A stretch of DNA of 64,000 bases from an uncultured Bacillota bacterium (GTDB taxonomy: Bacteria > Bacillota > Clostridia > Christensenellales > UBA1242), in contig CASFBF010000011.1 of assembly GCA_949292985.1 (NCBI GenBank), forward strand, positions 81,649-145,648, read 5' to 3'. Numbering within the stretch: the first letter of the stretch is position 1; every line of letters starts with the position of its first letter. A model generated the notes under the pieces. It was given only the letters and a program-made list of their open reading frames with translations, had not been told where the DNA came from and ran no database searches. Made by a program: the position numbers and the translations under genes. This document shows positions 17,674 through 25,513 of this stretch, piece by piece.

Positions 17674-17754
17674 ATTGTGAGAAAAATAAAAAAATGTATT
17701 CTTATGAATAGAAAATAATTTTGATCACACTATAATCGAAAAGGAGAAAATGAA

Positions 17755-18198
17755 ATGCAAAAAGACGAACTTTTAATGGACTATGTAAACGCCATCTATC
17801 AAAACATAAACGCTGGCACACAATCAATCGAGGACATATTGCCTAAAATTGAAGACGATGCTTTTAAAAAAGTTGTTGCAGAAATTCAAAGCGACTATAT
17901 GGCTTTGGCAAAGGAATGTGAACTGTTTGCAAAAAGCGAAAATATTAAAGGCATTAAAGGCAACAACTGGTTTGAAAAAGTTAGAATGTGGATGGGTGTA
18001 AATATGTCAACAATGACAGACAAATCCAACAGAAAAATTGCTGAGTTATTGCTTTTAGGTTCTTTTATGGGATACATCACCTGTGTTAAAGATTTATCCG
18101 ACCACAAAGGAATTTCAAAAGAACTTGATGAAATACTTGAAAGACTGAAAGACTATCAAAAAGGCAGCATTGAGAAACTATTACCTTATTTGCAATAA
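17755..18198 (+). CDS. Hypothetical protein (147 aa, helical bundle-like)
   Basis: ORF with a GGAG RBS 8 nt upstream, followed by two terminator hairpins. Confidence 0.65.
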   Translation: MQKDELLMDYVNAIYQNINAGTQSIEDILPKIEDDAFKKVVAEIQSDYMALAKECELFAKSENIKGIKGNNWFEKVRMWMGVNMSTMTDKSNRKIAELLLLGSFMGYITCVKDLSDHKGISKELDEILERLKDYQKGSIEKLLPYLQ

Positions 18199-18236
18199 AT
18201 AGTATTATGTTATGAAAAAATAACATAATAGATTAA

Positions 18237-18267
18237 AATACTCGCTAAATCAAGCGAGTATTTTTTC
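18237..18267. terminator. Bidirectional terminator between the 147-aa gene and the SpoIVFB-like gene
   Basis: AATACTCGCT-aaatca-AGCGAGTATT flanked by A- and T-runs. A second hairpin, TATTATGTTAT/ATAACATAATA, lies at 18203..18230. Confidence 0.6.
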
Positions 18268-19107
18268 TCAAAACAAATTCAACTCTTTTATTTTCACAGT
18301 TATAGGATTTTTCATACAAAGTGAAAGCACTGCTTTTTCACTTAAAATTCTTGTTTTGCCATCTGCATACAGAACATAAAAAAGAGTAAGTTTGCTGGTG
18401 TCAATTGCACGCAGAAGTTCACCTAAGGTGGCATCTTCGTTTACGGCTAAACTTTTTACGGTAGAAAAGTTTTTTATTTTTTTATTAAATAAATTTACTC
18501 CTTCATACTTACCTTCAAACTTGCTTTCCATAATTCCTCCCAGCAAAAACACAACCATAAGTGCCAAAGTTGGATTATAATTAACAAAACATGTTATGAC
18601 AAAGCCACAGAAAAATATAATACAAAATATGATGTTTAAAATCATTGAAATTTTAAGGGCTTTTTTTCTTCCCAATTTTTCACTCAATGCGCTAACAAAA
18701 ACTCTTCCTCCATCAAGCGGATATGCAGGAAGCAAATTGAATATAGCAAGAAATAAACTGAATGATGCCATTTCATGAGTGAATGAATACAAAGTTGGGA
18801 AAAGCCACCACAGCCCTACAAAAAGAAAACTTAACCCTAAATTTGTAATTGGCCCAGCAAGAGCAATTTTTGTTTCATCATATGGCAAAAATTTGCCATC
18901 TTTGTAATTTAATGCAACACCATATGGGGCTAGATAAAAACTGCTCAACTTATATCCTAATTTTTTAGCAACTATAAAATGTCCTAACTCATGAAATAAA
19001 ACCACCACAAATAAAATAAAAAACTGTGCGATAGCACCAACTAGCACAAACCAAACAAACAACAATAGGAAAGTTGGATGAATAGGAATTTTCTTTAAAA
19101 TCCGCAT
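18268..19107 (-). CDS. spoIVFB: M50 site-2 metalloprotease, SpoIVFB-like (pro-sigmaK processing enzyme family)
   Basis: 279 aa. HELGH in TM2, NLLPAYPLDGGRV, six predicted TM helices, and a soluble CBS-like C-terminal domain. This is the same architecture as B. subtilis SpoIVFB. Confidence 0.6.
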   Translation of the reverse strand: MRILKKIPIHPTFLLLFVWFVLVGAIAQFFILFVVVLFHELGHFIVAKKLGYKLSSFYLAPYGVALNYKDGKFLPYDETKIALAGPITNLGLSFLFVGLWWLFPTLYSFTHEMASFSLFLAIFNLLPAYPLDGGRVFVSALSEKLGRKKALKISMILNIIFCIIFFCGFVITCFVNYNPTLALMVVFLLGGIMESKFEGKYEGVNLFNKKIKNFSTVKSLAVNEDATLGELLRAIDTSKLTLFYVLYADGKTRILSEKAVLSLCMKNPITVKIKELNLF

Positions 19108-19256
19108 ATTTCAAACACCGATAAAACAATAAGCGCCGTAATATCTGCCAAAATAAACAAGCCTACGCATTTTCTTACGCTTATATGTCGTGAATATTTA
19201 ATTTTCATATTTTAATTTATGCTTGGCAACTTGAATATATTTGGGTTTTTGAATAT

Positions 19257-19346
19257 GCGCCCCACTAACCTGCTGACGCAGGTTGATTTTGTGTGCGCAA
19301 CGCACGCAAAAAACCCCGACCAAAATTGGTCGGGGTTGTGGGGCGC
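19257..19346. other. Closed cluster of three hairpins (element B) in the scpB / SpoIVFB-like intergenic region
   Basis: Outer stem GCGCCCCAC (19257..19265) pairs with GTGGGGCGC (19338..19346). It encloses AACCTGC-tgac-GCAGGTT, GTGTGCG-caa-CGCACGC and AACCCCGACC-aaaatt-GGTCGGGGTT. Confidence 0.4.
19306..19337 (-). terminator. Rho-independent terminator of scpB (inside element B)
   Basis: Minus strand AACCCCGACC-aatttt-GGTCGGGGTT followed by TTTT. Confidence 0.6.
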
Positions 19347-19395
19347 GAGGTTTATTCTCACAAAATTGTCTTCACTTGTTTTTCACAACAAAAAT

Positions 19396-20067
19396 TTATT
19401 CTCCGTCTGCTATATCACCGCTAACAGAAATAAATTCTTCGCCTTCATCAAGTTGAGGTAATTCGTCTTCAAATTGAAAATCATCTACATTTTTGAAAAG
19501 TGAATTATTTTCTGGTTCTTCTTCATCATGAAGAACTTTAATTCTTTCCATGAGTTCATCATAATCTGGAAGTTCATTGATATCTTTGATGTTAAACCTT
19601 TTCAAAAACTCTTCTGTTGTTCCAAAAAGCAAAGGCCTGCCAACTGCATCTTTTCTGCCCACTATTTCAATCATATTTTGGTCTAAAAGTGCCTGAGTTG
19701 CATAATCGCAATTCACCCTTCTAATATCCTCTATTTCAAGTTTGGTAACAGGTTGTTTATAAGCAATTATAGCCAAAGTTTCTAGCGCAGCACGAGTAAG
19801 AGATTTTTCTCTAACTGGGCTTAAAACATCGGAAACATAATTTGCGAAATTAGGATTTGAAGCAAGCTGAATTTTATTTTTAAATCTTATCAAATGCAAG
19901 CCGTTTTCACCAGAACATTCATTTTCTAAATCGCAAACAGCCTTTTCAAGTTCTTTCATGCTTACATCAAGTTTTTCTGCCAAATATTCTTTTTCTACGC
20001 CTTCGCCAGCGACAAAAAGAACAGCCCTAACAACTTCTTTTAAATTGTATTTTGTATCTATACTCAT
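19396..20067 (-). CDS. scpB: Segregation and condensation protein B
   Basis: 223 aa. VRAVLFVAGEGV N-terminus, two winged-helix repeats and an acidic tail. 4-nt overlap with scpA. Confidence 0.9.
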   Translation of the reverse strand: MSIDTKYNLKEVVRAVLFVAGEGVEKEYLAEKLDVSMKELEKAVCDLENECSGENGLHLIRFKNKIQLASNPNFANYVSDVLSPVREKSLTRAALETLAIIAYKQPVTKLEIEDIRRVNCDYATQALLDQNMIEIVGRKDAVGRPLLFGTTEEFLKRFNIKDINELPDYDELMERIKVLHDEEEPENNSLFKNVDDFQFEDELPQLDEGEEFISVSGDIADGE

Positions 20068-20831
20068 GCTTCCTCCTCATTTGCAATGATATGTATTTTA
20101 TTAAATATACCAGCCTGTTCAACTCTCACAGTTTGCAACTTTAAAAGTTCCAAAAGTGCCAAGAAAACATTTATCATTTCACTTTTGGTCATATCCTCAA
20201 CAAACAAATCTTCAAAATCAAACCTTTTATGTTCACGAGAATAATTGCGAATTGAAATTATTTTTTCAGCCACAGTAAATCTATCTTTTACAACAGTTTT
20301 AGGCGCTGGTGCTTGTTTTGGTTTTAAGCTCGCTCTTGCCAATATTCCTGCAAAAGCATCTAACAATTTATCAAGCACCATATCTTTAAGAACAATCTTA
20401 ACCTTTTCGGTTTCTTCGCCAGGGGCACGATAAAACTTATTTACATCTTCACGCTCTTTCAAGGTTGCGCCGATATTTTTAAAAAGTTCATATTCTTTAA
20501 GTCTTCTAAGCAAAAGCGCTTCGCTATCTTCTTCCTCTTCTTCCTCTTCGGTCATAACAGGTAGCAAGTATTTAGATTTTATTTCAATCAGTGTGGCTGC
20601 AACTGTTATAAATTCGCTTGCCCTTTCCATATCCACTGATGACAAATCCTGCATATAATCAAGGTATTGTTCAGTTATGTCTGCAAGTTTGACATCCATA
20701 ATATCCATTTTTGAAGACTTAATAAGGTGCAATAATAAATCAAGTGGGCCTTCAAAATTATCCAACCTAAACCTAACTTTATCATCTAAAAAATTTAATT
20801 GTTCACTAGTTTCCATTAAAACAGCCCCCAC
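20064..20831 (-). CDS. scpA: Segregation and condensation protein A (kleisin)
   Basis: 255 aa. FEGPLDLLLHLI signature. Confidence 0.9.
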   Translation of the reverse strand: MGAVLMETSEQLNFLDDKVRFRLDNFEGPLDLLLHLIKSSKMDIMDVKLADITEQYLDYMQDLSSVDMERASEFITVAATLIEIKSKYLLPVMTEEEEEEEDSEALLLRRLKEYELFKNIGATLKEREDVNKFYRAPGEETEKVKIVLKDMVLDKLLDAFAGILARASLKPKQAPAPKTVVKDRFTVAEKIISIRNYSREHKRFDFEDLFVEDMTKSEMINVFLALLELLKLQTVRVEQAGIFNKIHIIANEEEA

Positions 20832-21493
20832 AGTTTGAAAAATAATGTTTCAACACCGCCTATCACATAGTAATAGAACAAATCAAAAATCGGAAGAATA
20901 ATGATTACTAACAAAATTATACTACCATATCTGTACATAAATTGTAAATATTTGTTATCAGGTTTTAAAAATGAAGATAAAAAGTTAAAGCCATCAAGCG
21001 GATATATTGGCAAAATATTAAACAGAGCAAGTGAAAAGTTTACAGTAGAAGAAATCATAAGAAAGAAAAATAAAAACTCGAAAAACACATTGTTAAGATT
21101 TAAAAGTGGCGCTATAAAAAAATACATACAACTAAAAATAATAGCAAGCACAAAATTTGTAATAACGCCAGACGAAGAAACCAACCTAACGCCCTTTTTA
21201 TAATTTCTAAAATGTAGCGGATTTACTGGCACTGGTTTTGCCCACCCAAAGCCAACCAGTAAGAAGGAAAACAGTCCATAACCATCTATATGTTTAAAAG
21301 GATTAAGTGACATTCTGCCCATGGTTTTTGCAGTTTGGTCGCCACACCAATTTGCTACCAAAGCATGTGAAAACTCATGTGCTGAAAATGCAAAAGCGAC
21401 AGCCAAAAAATAGGCAACAATAAATGCCACAAATTCCCAACCGCTTAATTGCAGAGTAAACAAATAGTAAATCATACCTATTAAGTATATCAA
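20816..21493 (-). CDS. M50 family zinc metalloprotease (membrane)
   Basis: 225 aa. HEFSHALVA and NILPIYPLDG motifs, polytopic. Confidence 0.8.
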   Translation of the reverse strand: MIYLIGMIYYLFTLQLSGWEFVAFIVAYFLAVAFAFSAHEFSHALVANWCGDQTAKTMGRMSLNPFKHIDGYGLFSFLLVGFGWAKPVPVNPLHFRNYKKGVRLVSSSGVITNFVLAIIFSCMYFFIAPLLNLNNVFFEFLFFFLMISSTVNFSLALFNILPIYPLDGFNFLSSFLKPDNKYLQFMYRYGSIILLVIIILPIFDLFYYYVIGGVETLFFKLWGLF

Positions 21494-21512
21494 AACACAA
21501 AAAAATTTCCAA

Positions 21513-21541
21513 CAAAAAACCCGTCTTTTACAACGGGTTTT
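21513..21541 (-). terminator. Rho-independent terminator after the dacB-like gene
   Basis: Minus strand AAACCCGT-tgtaaaag-ACGGGTTT followed by a T-run. Confidence 0.6.
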
Positions 21542-21550
21542 AATAAAATC

Positions 21551-22708
21551 TTACCACTTTTCGCCAATTTTCTTTAAAGCATCAAAGTAGGTCATGCTTT
21601 TTAAATCTTGGTTGGTAACAACATCTATTTCTTTAACAATTACTCCACTTTTGCTAACCAAAACCTTGCCCACTCTTTCACCAGATTTAACAGGTGCTTT
21701 AACAAAATTAGGCATGTTGTAAGTTACTTCGTAATCACTATCTTCGCCCTTTTTAACAAGCGCAGAATATTTTTCTGCTGCAAACACTTCGGTATCTTTC
21801 ACTCTTCCTTTTGAAACAGGCAAGACAGCCAAAGAATTTTCGGTTGAAACTAAATCTACATTTTCAAAGTTGGCAAAGCCATAATTAAACAAACTTGAAC
21901 ATTCATTAAATCTTGTTTTGGAATCTTTCGCTCCAACCACAACACTGATAAGCCTCATATCACCACGCTTTGCAGTTGCGGCCAAACAACAACCTGCCTC
22001 ATTGGTTGAACCTGTTTTTCCACCATCACAGCCTTCATAATATCTAACAAGCCTGTTTGTGTTTACAAGCCCCGTTTTTCTTCCAGAAGGATGAACTAAA
22101 TCTTGCATCCAAATTGTGCTGTAATTGTGGTAAATGTCGTGCCCTGAAACTTGGCTGAGTAATATTGCACTGTCATATGCAGAAGAGTATTGCTCTGGTG
22201 CTGGCAAACCTGTGCAGTTTACATAATTTGTGTCTTCCATTCCAAGTTCTTTGGCGCGTTTGTTCATATTTTTAACAAACGCTTCTTCGCTTCCACAGAT
22301 ATGTTCAGCAAGTGCCACACTTGCATCGTTGGCAGAAGCAACAATCACACTTTTAAGCATGTCTTCAACACTATACTGAACAAATGGGTCAATGAAAACT
22401 TGCGAGCCACCCATTCCTGCTGCATTTTCAGAAGTTGTAACCATGTCAGTTAAACTTAAATTTCCGCTTTCAATTTCTTCAACCGTCAAAAGAATTGTCA
22501 TCATTTTAACCATACTTGCAACAGGCATTTTATCATGCGAATTTTTTTCTAACAAAATTTCCTTAGAACCATAATCCATCAACACAGCGCTTTTGCTTGT
22601 TATGTCATTTGCATCTGCTGCATAAACAACATTTGGCATAATACCACAAAATGTAGATAGTATTATGGCAGAAATGATACTAAATATAAAAAATCTTTTC
22701 ATATCCAC
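21551..22708 (-). CDS. D-alanyl-D-alanine carboxypeptidase (S11, DacB/DacF-like)
   Basis: 385 aa. Signal peptide, SxxK (ASMVKMMT), SxN (SANDAS) and KTG (KTGST). Confidence 0.88.
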   Translation of the reverse strand: MDMKRFFIFSIISAIILSTFCGIMPNVVYAADANDITSKSAVLMDYGSKEILLEKNSHDKMPVASMVKMMTILLTVEEIESGNLSLTDMVTTSENAAGMGGSQVFIDPFVQYSVEDMLKSVIVASANDASVALAEHICGSEEAFVKNMNKRAKELGMEDTNYVNCTGLPAPEQYSSAYDSAILLSQVSGHDIYHNYSTIWMQDLVHPSGRKTGLVNTNRLVRYYEGCDGGKTGSTNEAGCCLAATAKRGDMRLISVVVGAKDSKTRFNECSSLFNYGFANFENVDLVSTENSLAVLPVSKGRVKDTEVFAAEKYSALVKKGEDSDYEVTYNMPNFVKAPVKSGERVGKVLVSKSGVIVKEIDVVTNQDLKSMTYFDALKKIGEKW

Positions 22709-22749
22709 TCCTTTTTTATGTTAGTGTTTTCAGAAAAGATTTTTTTATT

Positions 22750-23355
22750 CTATATAACTAAAATCACTTTTGATGAGAATATTACAAGCAATAATGTTTC
22801 AATTAAGTTTAATATCATGAGCACCAACAGAAATGTAAAAAATAGTTTTAATCTTCCGCCTCCACTATTGCCAAAACGCTTACAATTTTGGCAGGCTTTT
22901 GAAATAAAAGCAAAATATAACACGAACGCAAAAAGCATACATAATTGACAAGGTAGCACTATAAGCACAGCATCAAGCAATCCGGACAAACCAAAATTTG
23001 CACACAGAACACAAATATTAAAACCTAAAAGATACCCCCTAAACCCTATCACTAAAATGCTAAGTGGAAAGGTCCAAAAAGTAAGCGAAAACACGAAAGT
23101 AATACTCATAATAACTGTTATCGAAAACCCTCGGGAAAAGAAAGCCCCAAAACCACTTTTTACTCCTGAAAAATCTAAAATGTATTCATCTGCTGGAAAA
23201 AAACTTGGTGTTGAAGCGCAAACAATAATGCCCGCAATAAAACAAAGCAAAACAATAATTGTTGCAATTATAATTCTTCCTTTTGTTTGCGAACATTGTG
23301 ACGCTAACCCCAGTTTAAACCTAGAAAAAAGCGATTTTGTTTTATATGATTGCAT
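22750..23355 (-). CDS. Membrane protein, SpoIIM-like (stage II sporulation protein M family)
   Basis: 201 aa, 5-6 TM. The central segment FRGYLLGFNICVLCANFGLSGLLDAVLIVLPCQL resembles B. subtilis SpoIIM [35 protein letters not shown]. No Shine-Dalgarno upstream. Confidence 0.5.
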   Translation of the reverse strand: MQSYKTKSLFSRFKLGLASQCSQTKGRIIIATIIVLLCFIAGIIVCASTPSFFPADEYILDFSGVKSGFGAFFSRGFSITVIMSITFVFSLTFWTFPLSILVIGFRGYLLGFNICVLCANFGLSGLLDAVLIVLPCQLCMLFAFVLYFAFISKACQNCKRFGNSGGGRLKLFFTFLLVLMILNLIETLLLVIFSSKVILVI

Positions 23356-23378
23356 ATCATAATTTATTTTCTGTTCGA

Positions 23379-23405
23379 CAAAAAAAGAACCATTTAGGCT
23401 CTTTT
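23379..23405 (-). terminator. Candidate terminator after the ynbB-like gene
   Basis: Minus strand AAGAGCC-taaat-GGTTCTT (one G-U pair) followed by 7 T. Confidence 0.4.
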
Positions 23406-23412
23406 TGAAATT

Positions 23413-24615
23413 TTAAAACAAATTATTTAATTCTTCTGCAACCGCTTTGGCATGTTCATAAGTAAGCGCACCTTGGAAATAAGCGATGTATGGCGCTCTA
23501 ATTGGTGAATCACACGACATTTCTATTGAAGCGCCTCCAACAAATGTGCCAGCCGCCATAATAACTTGGTCGTCATACCCTGGCATATCCCAAGGCATAG
23601 GCGTTACGAACGAGTCAACAGGAGAAAACTTTTGAATTGTTTGAACAAATTTTATCAAATCTTGTTCATTGCCTATTACAATGCTTCTTATAATGTCGCT
23701 TGAAGGTTGGTCGGTTTCAGGAAGTGTTTTATAACCTTTCTCTTCCATAACTTTACCAATCAGCAGGCTTCCTTTAAGCGCTTGGGCAACAATATGCGGA
23801 GCCATAAACAACCCTTGATAGAACAACCTATACCCCATTTCAAAACTTCCCACTTCCATTCCAAGTGAAGGACATGTAAAGCGCTTTGATATTAAATCTA
23901 TGGCCTTGTTTGTTCCTACGATGTAGCCACCTGTTGGAGCAAGCCCACCACCAGCATTTTTAATGAGAGAACCAACAATTACATCAGCACCATGCTGAGT
24001 TGGTTCAGTTTTTTCTACAAATTCGCCGTAGCAATTATCCACAACAACAAAGCAATTTGGACAATTTTTTTTCACAAACTGGCATGCTTTGCCAATTTGT
24101 TCAACTGACAACGCTTTTCTGGCTGAATACCCCCTTGAACGCTGTATGAATACAACTTTTGGTTTTAATTTTTTAACACGCTTTTGAATTTTATCAAAAT
24201 CAAACTCATTCTCATCAAGTTCAACTTTTTCATATTTAACACCGAAATCTTGCAAACTTCCATTGCCTTTACCAAGCAAAGTTTCTTCTAATGTGTCATA
24301 CAAATCGCCAGTTATTGATAGAAGATAGTCGCCCGGCCTAAGCAACCCAAATAATGCGGTTGAAATTGTATGAGTTCCACAAGTAAGCAACGGGCTAACA
24401 ATTCCCGCCTCCCCGCCAAAAACATCTGCAAAAAGTTTGCAAAGGGTATCTCTGCCTTTATCATCATAGCCATAGCCCGTAGTGCCTGCAAACATATTTG
24501 TGGAAACCCTGTTTTCTCTAAATGCTTCAATAACTTTTTTTTGGTTAAAAAAACTTATTTCATCAATTTGACTGAACTGCTCTTTCAAATCATTTTCAAT
24601 TTGTTGTATTGTCAT
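23413..24615 (-). CDS. PLP-dependent aluminium-resistance / methionine gamma-lyase family protein (YnbB-like)
   Basis: 400 aa. Sequence typical of the YnbB family that follows miaA(-hfq) in Firmicutes. This is family-level recognition only. Confidence 0.7.
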   Translation of the reverse strand: MTIQQIENDLKEQFSQIDEISFFNQKKVIEAFRENRVSTNMFAGTTGYGYDDKGRDTLCKLFADVFGGEAGIVSPLLTCGTHTISTALFGLLRPGDYLLSITGDLYDTLEETLLGKGNGSLQDFGVKYEKVELDENEFDFDKIQKRVKKLKPKVVFIQRSRGYSARKALSVEQIGKACQFVKKNCPNCFVVVDNCYGEFVEKTEPTQHGADVIVGSLIKNAGGGLAPTGGYIVGTNKAIDLISKRFTCPSLGMEVGSFEMGYRLFYQGLFMAPHIVAQALKGSLLIGKVMEEKGYKTLPETDQPSSDIIRSIVIGNEQDLIKFVQTIQKFSPVDSFVTPMPWDMPGYDDQVIMAAGTFVGGASIEMSCDSPIRAPYIAYFQGALTYEHAKAVAEELNNLF

Positions 24616-25513
24616 ACCATTCCCTCACATATTCAATAATTTTATTTTCATCGTTTCTATCAAAAAGCGGAATTTTCATTCCCCTAAGATATGTCAACTG
24701 TCGCTTTGCATAGTTTCTAGTGTGTTGTTTAATTAAATCTGTCATTTGCATTTTATCAATTTTGCCATCTAAAAACCACAAAACCTCTTTATAACCAATG
24801 GCTTTCATAGATTGGTTTTCTTCTGTCAAACCTTGATTTTTCAAACTTTCAACTTCTTCAATCAAACCTTCTTTTAGCATTTGGTCAACCCTGTTGTTGA
24901 TTTTGTTATAAAGCGACTGTCTTTCCATATTCAGTGCTAACGCCAAAAAGTTTATATCAGTTCCGTTGCTTTTAGGCTGATTACCAAACTCGGCAATTTC
25001 TAGCGCTCTAATAATTTTTTTCTTATCATTAACTTCAATTTGCTCTGCACGGTGCGGAGCAATTTTTTTAAGCATGTCGTAAAGTTGCTGAGCGTCTTTT
25101 CCCCAAAGTTCTTTACGATATTCGCTGTTTCTACCACTGCCACCAAAGTCATAGCCTTCCAAAAGTGCTTTCACATAAAGTCCTGTTCCACCAACCACTA
25201 TTGGCAAACATCCTTCTGCATTTATTTTTTCAATCAACTGGCGTGTAAGCAAAACAAAATCATAAACAGAAAACTCTTCATTAGGCTGTAAAATGTCAAT
25301 ACAAAAGTGTTTTACACCTTGCATTTGCTCGGGTGTAATTTTTGCCGAACCAATATTCAACTCTTTATAAATCTGCACACTGTCGGCGGAAATAATTTGA
25401 CCATTAAAAAGTTTTGCCAGTTTAATAGCAAACTCACTTTTTCCCACACCTGTTGGCCCTAAAACAAAAACCGCCCTATCCACCTTATACCACTCTTTTA
25501 AAGAGTTTTTCAA
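24596..25513 (-). CDS. miaA: tRNA dimethylallyltransferase
   Basis: 305 aa. P-loop GPTGVGKS and MiaA family sequence. Conserved mutS-mutL-miaA synteny. Confidence 0.92.
   Translation of the reverse strand: MKNSLKEWYKVDRAVFVLGPTGVGKSEFAIKLAKLFNGQIISADSVQIYKELNIGSAKITPEQMQGVKHFCIDILQPNEEFSVYDFVLLTRQLIEKINAEGCLPIVVGGTGLYVKALLEGYDFGGSGRNSEYRKELWGKDAQQLYDMLKKIAPHRAEQIEVNDKKKIIRALEIAEFGNQPKSNGTDINFLALALNMERQSLYNKINNRVDQMLKEGLIEEVESLKNQGLTEENQSMKAIGYKEVLWFLDGKIDKMQMTDLIKQHTRNYAKRQLTYLRGMKIPLFDRNDENKIIEYVREWYDNTTN

Noticed and set aside
19219-19461. An 80-aa plus-strand ORF spanning element B and the scpB 3' end.
   Set aside because: It reads through nested GC-rich hairpins and the scpB terminator. 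It has no RBS, and its translation has no protein-like features.
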